Source of the DNA: a virus
Reading direction: 5' to 3' (one strand)
Virus record (IMG/VR): IMGVR_UViG_3300034021_001440
Coordinates: 48,419-112,418 of that record
DNA: 64,000 nt
The position numbers were made by a program, and so were the translations under genes. A model generated the notes under the pieces. That model was not told the origin of the DNA and did not search any database. It saw only the letters and a list, made by a program, of their open reading frames with translations. Positions 28,743-38,020 of this stretch are shown one piece after another. The stretch's first letter is position 1; the number at the start of each line of letters is the position of its first letter.

Positions 28743-29675
28743 ATGGCAGATAAAAAATACTGCATCTTCCAAATTCAAGGCGGACTTGGAAAGCACGTTG
28801 CAGCGACGGCAGTCGCCCAAGTCATCAAGAAGGCTCACCCGGATCGCGAACTGATTGTCGTATGCGCCTGGCCTGAACTCTGGACGAGTCTCCCATTTGT
28901 TTATCGCGTATTTCCTCTGGGAAATACTCAGTATTTTTACGAAGAATATGTGGAAGGCAAGGACTCCCTGATCTTTGCCCAGGAGCCATACTTCACCACC
29001 ACCCACATTAACAAGACTCATCGCCTGGTTGAAACCTGGTGCATGATCTATGGTCTGAAGTATGACGGTGAGCAACCGGTTCTGAAAATCAACCCCGAGC
29101 AGCGCAAGACCATTCGCAACTTCTATGAACCGAAGTTCGAAGGCAAGCCGCTGATGCTCATCCATACGAACGGCGGTCTGTTTCAGAACGAGCGTCCCTT
29201 CTGCTGGAGTCGGGATATGCCCATCGAAGTGGCACAAAAAGTCTTCAACCACTTCAAGAAAAGTCACACCGTGATGCAAATCACCCGCCCTGCTTCGCCG
29301 CAGATTGAGGGTGCTTTCATTCGCAACGAGCCTCTCTCCAACACGGAACTGGCTGGTTTGGTGGAGTTTTCTGACAAGCGCCTCCTGATTGACTCTTCGC
29401 TTCAGCACATGGCTGCTGCGTTCGGGCTGCCTTCCACCGTGCTCTGGAATGCCACTTCGTCTGTGATCTTTGGTCACGCGATGCACGACAACATTCAAGC
29501 CAAAGAAAAGCCGCAGAAGTCTCTGCCTGGAAGCTATCTCTTTGACTATCAGTTTGATGCCAACGAGAATGAGTTTCCGTATGAGGACGACGACCTCAAA
29601 AATCTCTACGACCTTGACCGCATCATTGCGTCGCTGGAAAAGCAAACCAATGAGGTGAAGAAGGGTTTCGCATGA
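28743..29675 (+). CDS. glycosyltransferase (GT-B fold, GT9/heptosyltransferase-like)
   Basis: GGLGKHV N-terminal motif; IDSSLQHMAAAFGLPSTVLW matches the GT9-type DS..HxAAA...P pattern. Confidence 0.7.
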   Translation: MADKKYCIFQIQGGLGKHVAATAVAQVIKKAHPDRELIVVCAWPELWTSLPFVYRVFPLGNTQYFYEEYVEGKDSLIFAQEPYFTTTHINKTHRLVETWCMIYGLKYDGEQPVLKINPEQRKTIRNFYEPKFEGKPLMLIHTNGGLFQNERPFCWSRDMPIEVAQKVFNHFKKSHTVMQITRPASPQIEGAFIRNEPLSNTELAGLVEFSDKRLLIDSSLQHMAAAFGLPSTVLWNATSSVIFGHAMHDNIQAKEKPQKSLPGSYLFDYQFDANENEFPYEDDDLKNLYDLDRIIASLEKQTNEVKKGFA

Positions 29676-30466
29676 ACCGCTTCGTGTTTCTTGCTGGGCT
29701 GCCTCGCACAGGTTCCACTGTGCTTGGCGCCCTTTTGAATCAGCACCCGTTTCTGTATCCAACGGAGACGTCGATGGTTCACCGCCACATTCACGAAGTT
29801 TCAAACTTTTTTGTAGGAGAGTATCCTCTCTACGACACGAACGACCCCAACTCACCCCTGTGGGGAATCGTGAGAGGTATTCTGCAAGGGGCGTATGAAC
29901 ACGTCAAGGGGAAAGTAGTCATTGAGAAAAGCAGGGGGTGGTCGTGGGAAATCGACATCCTGAGAAAGGCTTTGGGGGAGCCACCCAAGTTCGTCGCCAC
30001 TGTGCGGTCCATTCCCGAAATTATCTCTTCTTTCATCCTCCTGGCCAATAAAATTGGCGATGACTCAAAGATTCATACACAGTTGAGGGAGACAGGTTAT
30101 CCCATAACCACCTGGAACCTGTCGCACTTCATCTGGGAAAAGTACATCGATGCTGACTGGCAAGGTTTCCGTCAAGCATACGAAACAAACACTGACTTGT
30201 TTCACCTGATTGAGTACGACGACCTTGTGCAAAAACCTGAGGAAGTTCTCAATAATTTTTATTCTTTTATTGAGGTGCCTCCCATTAAAGTTCACACGGA
30301 CTCCCTTGTGCGCGGTGCCGTCGAAAATGACGATGCCTTTGGGTTGCCAGGACTGCACGACATCCGCTCAGACTTGTCTCGCACTTCTCCCCCCGCACTT
30401 GAAGTTCTCGGAGAAGAGTGCTACAACTTTTGGGAGGCTCAGCGCCTGGAATTTTGGCGAGGGTAA
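29672..30466 (+). CDS. PAPS-dependent sulfotransferase
   Basis: 5'-PSB loop GLPRTGST, EKSRGW, VRSIPEIISS (3'-PB), IEYDDLV..PEE. Confidence 0.85.
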   Translation: MNRFVFLAGLPRTGSTVLGALLNQHPFLYPTETSMVHRHIHEVSNFFVGEYPLYDTNDPNSPLWGIVRGILQGAYEHVKGKVVIEKSRGWSWEIDILRKALGEPPKFVATVRSIPEIISSFILLANKIGDDSKIHTQLRETGYPITTWNLSHFIWEKYIDADWQGFRQAYETNTDLFHLIEYDDLVQKPEEVLNNFYSFIEVPPIKVHTDSLVRGAVENDDAFGLPGLHDIRSDLSRTSPPALEVLGEECYNFWEAQRLEFWRG

Positions 30467-30468
30467 AA
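30461..30468 (+). promoter_or_regulatory. GGGTAAAA putative late promoter containing the upstream stop codon
   Basis: 30 nt before ATG 30491. Confidence 0.65.
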
Positions 30469-30490
30469 TCTAAAAAAGATTGTCACATCA

Positions 30491-30985
30491 ATGGCTGCGC
30501 TCAATTTCCCAACCTCACCAACACCGGGTCAGCTGTATCCAAGTCCAGCAATCTCTGGTGTGTCGCAATACCAGTGGGACAACACTGCTGGTGTGTGGAA
30601 CACCGTTGCCACTTTCGTGAAGCTCAATAATCAAAGTGCGTACAACAGTTATGTTTGGCCAGTCGCAGACGGTCTGGCTGGGCAGCAACTGGAAACGGAC
30701 GGTTCCGGGAATCTGTACTGGGATGCCGCTTCGAATCCGACCTTCTTCTATCTGCAACTGGACAGTTCAGTTCCGTTCGACGGAATTCAAACAATTTTCA
30801 CCCTCATCGATCCTGCCACACTCAACGCCTACTCCCCGACGCCAAACTCCAACATCGAGGTTTTCCTCGGCGGTGTTCCTCAGCAGTTTGGCACAGCCTA
30901 CACCGTGGCTGGTTCGACAATTACCTTCACCAACCCGCCCATCGCAGGCACTTCGTTCTTTGCGACAACCGTCATTCAAGGGTAA
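30491..30985 (+). CDS. small virion structural/adaptor protein
   Basis: LNFPTSPTPGQLYP N-terminus, AYNSYVWP module, and a VFLGGVPQ repeat shared with 6947. Confidence 0.65.
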   Translation: MAALNFPTSPTPGQLYPSPAISGVSQYQWDNTAGVWNTVATFVKLNNQSAYNSYVWPVADGLAGQQLETDGSGNLYWDAASNPTFFYLQLDSSVPFDGIQTIFTLIDPATLNAYSPTPNSNIEVFLGGVPQQFGTAYTVAGSTITFTNPPIAGTSFFATTVIQG

Positions 30986-30987
30986 AA
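30980..30987 (+). promoter_or_regulatory. GGGTAAAA putative late promoter containing the upstream stop codon
   Basis: 36 nt before ATG 31016. Confidence 0.65.
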
Positions 30988-31015
30988 GCAGTCAAGTGTA
31001 ACTGACGAATTAACT

Positions 31016-34000
31016 ATGGCGTTAACTCGCGCTCAACTACTGATGGGAAATTGCGCACAGGGATGCGTACTTCCTGGTCAGGTTCAAGGCGTAAAACAAG
31101 GCGCTGGTGTTTGTATCGCTAACGACGGTACAATCTCTTTCTTTGCTGGAACTTCCACAGGCGTAGTCAAAACCAATAATCCTACGGCTTTCAATAGCTA
31201 CATCTGGCCCAATGCCGACGGCATCGCTGGCTCTCAGCTGACGACTGACGGCCTGGGCAACCTCGCCTGGGGTCCTGCTCCGGGCGACCTCTTCATCAAA
31301 CTGCAACCGACTTCCACCCAGACTGGCGCGTTTGCGAACATCACCGGTCAGGCTGGCTGCGTGGCGATGACTTTCATCGCGGCGCCGAATCAGTTTGCGA
31401 TTCAAACCTGCGACGGTGACGCAAGCCTCTTCGGTGTGACCGCTGGCCGTGGTTCCGGTTGCGTGGCGACCAACACTGCTTTCGGTGCTTGCAGCCTCTT
31501 TACAAATACGACTGGAAACAGCAACACAGCCATCGGCTACAAAACGCTGTGCTCCAACCAGGTCGGCAACTGCAACACTGCAATCGGCTTCTGCTCCCTT
31601 GTTTCCAACTCGGCAGGATGCCTCAACACTGCGGTCGGCTATCAGAGTCAGACCTTCACTTCGACCGGAAACTGCAACACTTCGATCGGTTTCTGCTCAC
31701 TCTACAATAACACCAACGGCGGTTGCAACACTGCCGTCGGTAATGAAACTCTTTATTGCAACACCAGCGGTCTGTGCAACATCGCCGTCGGCCCTCGTGC
31801 TCTGTACTGCAATGTGAGCGGCTGCTGCAACATTGCTGCTGGCCTGTGCGCTCTGCAAAATAATACCACAGGATGCAGCAACCTGGCGATTGGTGCCTTT
31901 GCTTCCAACTGCAACACGATTGCCTGCTTCAACTTTGCCATCGGCGACTGTGCCCTGTTCAACAACCAAACGGTTGGTTGCAACATGGCGATCGGCTGCA
32001 AGGCGATGTTCTGCACGACCATCGGTACTCGCAACCTGGCCATCGGTACTTGCTCGCAGTATAACACCACAACCGGTTGCTATAACACGACCCTCGGTCA
32101 CTGCTCGATTGGACGCGGTGTGAACGCTGGCTGCTGCAACGTGGCTGTTGGCTTCTGCTCTCTGTTTGAAAACACAGCCGGTCTGTGCAACATTGCCATC
32201 GGTCAAGAGACCATGGCCTGCAACACCTCCGGTTGCTGCAACATTGGCGTGGGTGCCTTTGCCCTCCGCTCGAACTCTTCTGGCTGCTGCAACATCGGTA
32301 TCGGTTCACAGGCTCTGTGCTGCCTGACCACCGGTAGCTGCAACGTCGGCGTGGGAACTTTTGCCCTCTGCGGCAACACCGCTGGTCTGTCCAACACTGC
32401 TGTTGGCGACAGTGCAATGCAGAATAACAACACCGGTTGCTTCAACGCGGCTGTTGGTTCTGACTCCCTGTGCTGCATTGTGAGCGGTTGCTATAACACC
32501 GCTGCTGGCTCTTGCTCGATGGTCAATACCACGGTTGGAGCTTCCAACGTGGGTGTTGGTTTCCGTGCAATGGAGGCCAATCAGGACGGTTCTTGCAACG
32601 TGGCTGTTGGTCAGTGTGCTCTGGGAGCTTCTTCGACAGCTGACTGCAACGTTGTTCTGGGCTTCGAGGCTGCAGCGGATAACTGCGGAAATCGCAACGT
32701 TGTGATTGGCCATCAGTCCGGCTTCAACGGTGGTGGCAATCCTTCGGACAACGTCATCGTCGGTGCTCTTGCTGGCTGCAGCATGACGACTGCCTGCTGT
32801 GTGACCCTCGTCGGTGCGTGCGCTGGACAGACCATTACAAACGGTGACTTCAACACTCACATCGGTGCCCTGGCTGGTTTTGGAACCAACTACACTGGCG
32901 TCTGCAACTCTTCGCTTGGTTTGCGTTCTCTCTGCGCACTGACCACTGGCGCCTGCAACACTGCCGTTGGTGCGGATGCAATGTGCTCGGCAACGAGCGG
33001 TTGCCTCAACGTGGCAGTGGGTAATCAGAGCCTGCAAAGTTTGGTCTCAGCCTGTGGAAACACTGCACTGGGTCAAACGGCAATGCAAAATGCCGTCAGC
33101 GGCTGCTTCAACGTTGCCGTCGGTACTTGCTCGCTGATCAACAATGCTTCCGGTTGCTACAACACCGTTGTTGGTGTGGAAGCTGGCGGTGCTGGCGGTG
33201 CAAGTTTCTCTTGCGCTACATTCGTTGGTTTCAACGCTGGCGTTGCGGCCACCACAGCTCAGCTGGCGACGGCGGTTGGTTGGTGCTCCGCTGCCAACTT
33301 GAGCACTGGAAATTGCAACACTGCTGTTGGTGCTTGCAGCATCTTCAACCTGAGCACCGGTTGCTTTAATACAGCGGTTGGGAACAACGCCGGGGTTAGC
33401 CTTACCACGGGTGGGTGCAACACTGCTATTGGTTTCAACGCTCTTTGCAGTGCTGCGAGCACAGACGCAAACACCGCTGTTGGTTGGTGTTCAGCAGCCT
33501 CTCTGACGACCTGGCCAAACACTGCTGTGGGCTTCAGGTCCCTGACCACAATGGCCACGGGACAATACAACACGGCAATTGGCACCGGGTCTTTGCGTGA
33601 CTTGGCTTCTGGTGTCAACAACACCGCCGTGGGTGATGGGGCTGGTAAGTGTCTTGCCTCTGGTTCGTGCAACACTCTTATTGGCTCAAACACCGGGCAG
33701 CTTGCTGGTTCGAGCTTCAACAATGCCACTCTCGTAGGTAATGGGGCCGGAGCTAATCTTTCGACAGCGCCTCTGGCAACTGCTGTTGGTTTCTGTGCTG
33801 CTCAAGCTCTTAGTACTGGACTCTACAACACTGCCGTGGGTGGTTGTGCCTTGTTCAGTCTCACATCCGGTAATCTCAACACCGCAGTGGGCATGAACGC
33901 CGGTAAAAACATGACCACGGGGTGCTACAACACTGCGTTTGGTCAGGGAGCCCTGAGAGACGTAACAACGGCCAACCAGAACACAGGTTTTGGAACCGGG

Positions 34001-34960
34001 GCTCTTCGTCAACAAACCGGGGGATGCAACACTGCAGTGGGTGCCAGCTCCGGTCAAGGTCAACCGGGATCCACTGGTGCTTGTAACACCACTGTTGGTT
34101 ACTTTGCCGGTTCCTGCATCACGACTGCCACTGGTGTCTCAGCCATGGGATGGTGCGCCGCCTGTTCTGTTTCTACAGGACTGAACGCAACGGTTTTTGG
34201 ATCTGAAGCTGGATGCACTCTCTCAACTGGTATCAACAACACTCTAATTGGCCAACGCGCTGGTTGCGCAATAACCACAGGAGCCAGTAACACTGCGGTT
34301 GGTCAAGCCGCTGGTAAAGAAGGTATAGGAGGAACAAACAACGTTTTGATGGGAGACAACTCCGGTCGTTGTATGACGGGCGGTAACTTCAACTCCGTAC
34401 TTGGGTCTCAAGCCTTTAATGGTGCAACTGGTTCTACGCCTAACAACCTGGGTCAGTTCAACACGGCCCTTGGCTATCAGGCCATGGGTATCTTCACGGG
34501 TGGGAATAACAACATTGCCATCGGTTATGCATCTGGCTATACTTTCTGCAACCTGGCGGGCCTCAACAACCAGATTGTGATGGGTAATGCCTCACATACC
34601 AATGCCTTCATTCAAGTCGCATGGACGGTTGTTTCCGACGAGCGCAAGAAAAAGATCAAAGGACCCGTGGCTCTCGGCCTGGACTTTGTCAAAAACCTTG
34701 AACCCATCGAATACCAGTTTATCGACGAAGAGACTCAAGAGATCAAAGACGAGACATACCGTTATGGTTTCTCAGCTCAAAAGGTTCGTGCCCAGGAAGT
34801 TGACCCTGAGCATCCGGTGATTGTGGGTGGCTCGGATGAAAAAGGTTGGAATCTTACCACCGACTACATGTTGCCGCCTCTGGTCAATGCCATTCAAGAG
34901 CTCTCTGCTCAAGTTGAAGAATTGAAAGCAAAACTTGCTGCCCTCGAGGGTAAAAATTAG
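31016..34960 (+). CDS. very Cys-rich beta-roll tail fibre with C-terminal S74 chaperone
   Basis: Dozens of roughly 17-aa CNTAVG repeats; VSDERKK, YGFSAQ, LVNAIQELSAQV. Confidence 0.8.
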   Translation: MALTRAQLLMGNCAQGCVLPGQVQGVKQGAGVCIANDGTISFFAGTSTGVVKTNNPTAFNSYIWPNADGIAGSQLTTDGLGNLAWGPAPGDLFIKLQPTSTQTGAFANITGQAGCVAMTFIAAPNQFAIQTCDGDASLFGVTAGRGSGCVATNTAFGACSLFTNTTGNSNTAIGYKTLCSNQVGNCNTAIGFCSLVSNSAGCLNTAVGYQSQTFTSTGNCNTSIGFCSLYNNTNGGCNTAVGNETLYCNTSGLCNIAVGPRALYCNVSGCCNIAAGLCALQNNTTGCSNLAIGAFASNCNTIACFNFAIGDCALFNNQTVGCNMAIGCKAMFCTTIGTRNLAIGTCSQYNTTTGCYNTTLGHCSIGRGVNAGCCNVAVGFCSLFENTAGLCNIAIGQETMACNTSGCCNIGVGAFALRSNSSGCCNIGIGSQALCCLTTGSCNVGVGTFALCGNTAGLSNTAVGDSAMQNNNTGCFNAAVGSDSLCCIVSGCYNTAAGSCSMVNTTVGASNVGVGFRAMEANQDGSCNVAVGQCALGASSTADCNVVLGFEAAADNCGNRNVVIGHQSGFNGGGNPSDNVIVGALAGCSMTTACCVTLVGACAGQTITNGDFNTHIGALAGFGTNYTGVCNSSLGLRSLCALTTGACNTAVGADAMCSATSGCLNVAVGNQSLQSLVSACGNTALGQTAMQNAVSGCFNVAVGTCSLINNASGCYNTVVGVEAGGAGGASFSCATFVGFNAGVAATTAQLATAVGWCSAANLSTGNCNTAVGACSIFNLSTGCFNTAVGNNAGVSLTTGGCNTAIGFNALCSAASTDANTAVGWCSAASLTTWPNTAVGFRSLTTMATGQYNTAIGTGSLRDLASGVNNTAVGDGAGKCLASGSCNTLIGSNTGQLAGSSFNNATLVGNGAGANLSTAPLATAVGFCAAQALSTGLYNTAVGGCALFSLTSGNLNTAVGMNAGKNMTTGCYNTAFGQGALRDVTTANQNTGFGTGALRQQTGGCNTAVGASSGQGQPGSTGACNTTVGYFAGSCITTATGVSAMGWCAACSVSTGLNATVFGSEAGCTLSTGINNTLIGQRAGCAITTGASNTAVGQAAGKEGIGGTNNVLMGDNSGRCMTGGNFNSVLGSQAFNGATGSTPNNLGQFNTALGYQAMGIFTGGNNNIAIGYASGYTFCNLAGLNNQIVMGNASHTNAFIQVAWTVVSDERKKKIKGPVALGLDFVKNLEPIEYQFIDEETQEIKDETYRYGFSAQKVRAQEVDPEHPVIVGGSDEKGWNLTTDYMLPPLVNAIQELSAQVEELKAKLAALEGKN
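34948..34955 (+). promoter_or_regulatory. GGGTAAAA putative late promoter
   Basis: 31 nt before ATG 34979. Confidence 0.55.
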
Positions 34961-34978
34961 CCATAAAGGATGCACACA

Positions 34979-35257
34979 ATGACACAAGCTCAATTTGATC
35001 CCTGGTCTCCCGAAAATCGCCAAAAAGCTGCCGATCGTGTTCTTGACTCAATTCAAGTTTTAGAAGATCTGCAAAAAGGTTGGAGCCCTGACCTTTCTAG
35101 TTCGCCCGAGGATCAGGCAGAAATGAAAAAGCAAGTCTATGACGCAAACCTCCAGTTCCTCAAAAACACCCTCAAAGAACCCTACTACGAAGGTTTCCTG
35201 GATACGAAGCGCGTTGAGGACGCTATTGCTGCTGCTGAAGCTGCCGAGATTTCTTGA
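34979..35257 (+). CDS. small acidic helical protein, possible fibre assembly partner
   Basis: AAGGA ribosome-binding site; follows a fibre gene; function inferred from position only. Confidence 0.55.
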   Translation: MTQAQFDPWSPENRQKAADRVLDSIQVLEDLQKGWSPDLSSSPEDQAEMKKQVYDANLQFLKNTLKEPYYEGFLDTKRVEDAIAAAEAAEIS

Positions 35258-35279
35258 GTTTCTCCAAAACATAATCAAA

Positions 35280-37982
35280 ATGGCAACGCCCACCACCCCA
35301 ACCGACGGGACCATTTATCCTCCCAAACCCATTCCTGGCCAGAATCAGTATCGCTATGATGCTGCCACGGCCACCTGGGTTCCCATCGTCCCCAGTCAGA
35401 CGGTCACTCCTGGCACTTATGGTTCTTCCACAAGTGTCGGGAGATTCACTGTTGACACATCGGGGGCGATTTATTTTGCTGAGGATTTGCCCATTCCCAT
35501 TTCCTCCACGCAAACACAGGGTTTGGTTCAGCTCGTTGACAATACCTCAACGAACGATAGCACCAAAGCCCTGACAGCGGCAGCTGGTTATCAGCTTCAG
35601 CAGGAGCTGGATGCAAAAGCCGATGGCACTGTCAAACGGGTGAATACCGGCCTCGGTCTCACCGGCGGGCCAATCACGGTGACTGGCACCGTCAGTATGA
35701 CAGAAACAGGGGTCACCCCTGGGTCATACACTCTGGCAAGCATCACTGTGGATTCCACAGGGCGAATCACCACGGCATCAAGTGGCACCCCTGGAATCAC
35801 AGGAATCGTCGCTGGAACAGGGCTCTCGGGTGGAGGCACCTCGGGAACAATCACTCTGAACAACACCGGAGTTCTGTCTCTGACGGCAGGGTCTGGAATC
35901 AGTCTTGACGCAAGCACGGGCAACATCACAATCGCCACCACGGGTGCCGGCACTGGCACAGTGACCCAGGTGAATACTGGAACTGGCCTGACAGGTGGTC
36001 CAATCACCACGTCGGGAACTATTTCTCTGGCGGCAACGGGGGCAACCGCAGGAAGTTATACAAACGCAAACATCACGATTGACGCTTTCGGTCGCATCTC
36101 GAGTGCCTCGAATGGAACCAATGGCACCGTGACTTCAGTCGGCACCGGCCCTGGTTTGACAGGTGGGCCGATCACCACAATTGGCACAGTCCAGTTGGCA
36201 ACTTCTGGTGTTTCCGCAGGCAACTACACCAGCGCCAACATCACAGTTGACACCTTTGGCAGAATCACTGCGGCAGCCAATGGCCCCGGTGGCACCATCA
36301 CGCAAGTTATCGCTGGCACAGGTCTTTCCGGTGGCGGTTCATCCGGCGCTGTGACTCTCAATAACACTGGCGTGCTTTCACTGGCTGCCAGCACAGGAAT
36401 CAGTGTGTCTGGAAGCACAGGCAACATCACCATCGGCAACACGGGGGTGACTTCTGCTGTGGCTGGCACAGGAATTTCTGTCAACGCAGCAACGGGTGCA
36501 GTCACTTTCACCAACACTGGCGTGACTTCTCTGACTGCTGGCACGGGGGTGACGCTCTCGGGATCAACCGGTGGTATCACAATCTCCTCGACTGGACTCG
36601 GTGGCACGGTGACCTCGGTCACTGCGGGGTCTGGTTTGGCCACGACTCCTGCCGCAGGCATCACCACAAGTGGCTCAGTCTCGATTGCCACCGGGGGCAT
36701 CGTCAACTCGATGGTTTCCAACACCGCTGCAATTGCTGCCACGAAACTATCGTTCACACAAACTGGCACCGGTGCAGTCACAGAAACTGTTCAAGCAAAG
36801 CTCGAAGAAATGATTTCTGTGTATGACTTTGGCGCAACGGGCGACGGCGTCACCAACGACACAACTGCGGTTCAGAACGCGATCAACGAGGCTTCGGCCC
36901 GTGGCGGTGGCACGGTGGTGTTTCCTTCGGGCACCTTTGCCTGCACCCAACTGAACGTTCCTTCTGATGTGACACTGTTTGGGTTGGGGGGAGTTATCAA
37001 AACTTTCGGCACAATTGGATACCAGATTCGACTCGCAGCCAATGCAACGAACGTCGGTGTTCTGAACATAGAATTCTCAAGCCCTGGTCTCGACCCAGCC
37101 GCCGGAGGGGGCAACTCTGCCGTCATTAACTCAAACGGAATAAACACAAATTGCCGTTTCGAAAACAATTCTTTCCTGAACATTCCTACGAATCTTGGGC
37201 AAAGAATGAGCGCGATTCTTGGAGACTGGGATGCCTGCCGTGTGGCTTTCAACTATTGTGCGCAGTGTGGTGGAGACATTTACAACTTCAACTCGGGCTA
37301 TAATGTTGTTGTCGGAAACATTGCCTTGAATGGTGGCGACGGTGGCATCGCGTTCAACAACGGAGCGTATGGTGAAATCGTTGGAAACAGAATCTATAAG
37401 TGTAGCCTGGGAATTGGGTCAGGTCCACAAGGAACAACCGCCAATAACTTCAACTTCTTCACAATTTCAGGAAACACGATCGACTCTTGCGACTACGGAA
37501 TCAACATGGGGTGGTTTGCCTTTGCTGGTCGTGAAGGCCCAACGAATGTTTCCATCACCGGCAACACGATCACACGTTGCAAAAACTTTGCGATTTCTTA
37601 CAACGGAAATAGCACCGTGGCAGGCGTGGCCAAATACATTGACATTGTTGGAAATGTTTTCGGATTCATGGGAACTGCTGACTACGATGGGACAACAAAC
37701 CCGAACGCTGACGGTGTAGTTTTGGACTATTGCAGCGAAGCAAACTGCAGCGATAACATTTTTCACGACATTCCAAATCGGGGCATTCGCTCTGTGGGTT
37801 CTGAAGGAGTCACTGTCACTTCAAACACTTTCCGCAACATAACCGGCACTGCGGTTTTCTTTGACCCTGGAAGCACACGTTTCATCATCTCCCTGAACCA
37901 AATCAAGGCAGCTGGCACAGGCATCAACACAGGTGCGGGTTCTACCAACTTCATCAACCTCAATAACCTCGTGACACCCTAA
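35280..37982 (+). CDS. tailspike with pectate-lyase-like right-handed beta-helix (putative depolymerase)
   Basis: TVQAKLEEMISVYDFGATGDGVTNDTTAVQNAIN...GGGTVVFPSGTF followed by IxGN parallel beta-helix repeats. Confidence 0.8.
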   Translation: MATPTTPTDGTIYPPKPIPGQNQYRYDAATATWVPIVPSQTVTPGTYGSSTSVGRFTVDTSGAIYFAEDLPIPISSTQTQGLVQLVDNTSTNDSTKALTAAAGYQLQQELDAKADGTVKRVNTGLGLTGGPITVTGTVSMTETGVTPGSYTLASITVDSTGRITTASSGTPGITGIVAGTGLSGGGTSGTITLNNTGVLSLTAGSGISLDASTGNITIATTGAGTGTVTQVNTGTGLTGGPITTSGTISLAATGATAGSYTNANITIDAFGRISSASNGTNGTVTSVGTGPGLTGGPITTIGTVQLATSGVSAGNYTSANITVDTFGRITAAANGPGGTITQVIAGTGLSGGGSSGAVTLNNTGVLSLAASTGISVSGSTGNITIGNTGVTSAVAGTGISVNAATGAVTFTNTGVTSLTAGTGVTLSGSTGGITISSTGLGGTVTSVTAGSGLATTPAAGITTSGSVSIATGGIVNSMVSNTAAIAATKLSFTQTGTGAVTETVQAKLEEMISVYDFGATGDGVTNDTTAVQNAINEASARGGGTVVFPSGTFACTQLNVPSDVTLFGLGGVIKTFGTIGYQIRLAANATNVGVLNIEFSSPGLDPAAGGGNSAVINSNGINTNCRFENNSFLNIPTNLGQRMSAILGDWDACRVAFNYCAQCGGDIYNFNSGYNVVVGNIALNGGDGGIAFNNGAYGEIVGNRIYKCSLGIGSGPQGTTANNFNFFTISGNTIDSCDYGINMGWFAFAGREGPTNVSITGNTITRCKNFAISYNGNSTVAGVAKYIDIVGNVFGFMGTADYDGTTNPNADGVVLDYCSEANCSDNIFHDIPNRGIRSVGSEGVTVTSNTFRNITGTAVFFDPGSTRFIISLNQIKAAGTGINTGAGSTNFINLNNLVTP

Positions 37983-37984
37983 CC

Positions 37985-37992
37985 GGGTAAAA
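37985..37992 (+). promoter_or_regulatory. GGGTAAAA putative late promoter
   Basis: 36 nt before GTG 38021. Confidence 0.65.
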
Positions 37993-38020
37993 CCTATTAT
38001 AATCGATAAACGAAAGCGCA

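Noticed and set aside
16806-34960. Reassignment of TGC/TGT codons as the explanation for the Cys excess
   Set aside because: The same codons encode required Cys in dCMP deaminase (PCxxC), SpeD (TCG) and NrdA (SC), and the excess is limited to four genes.
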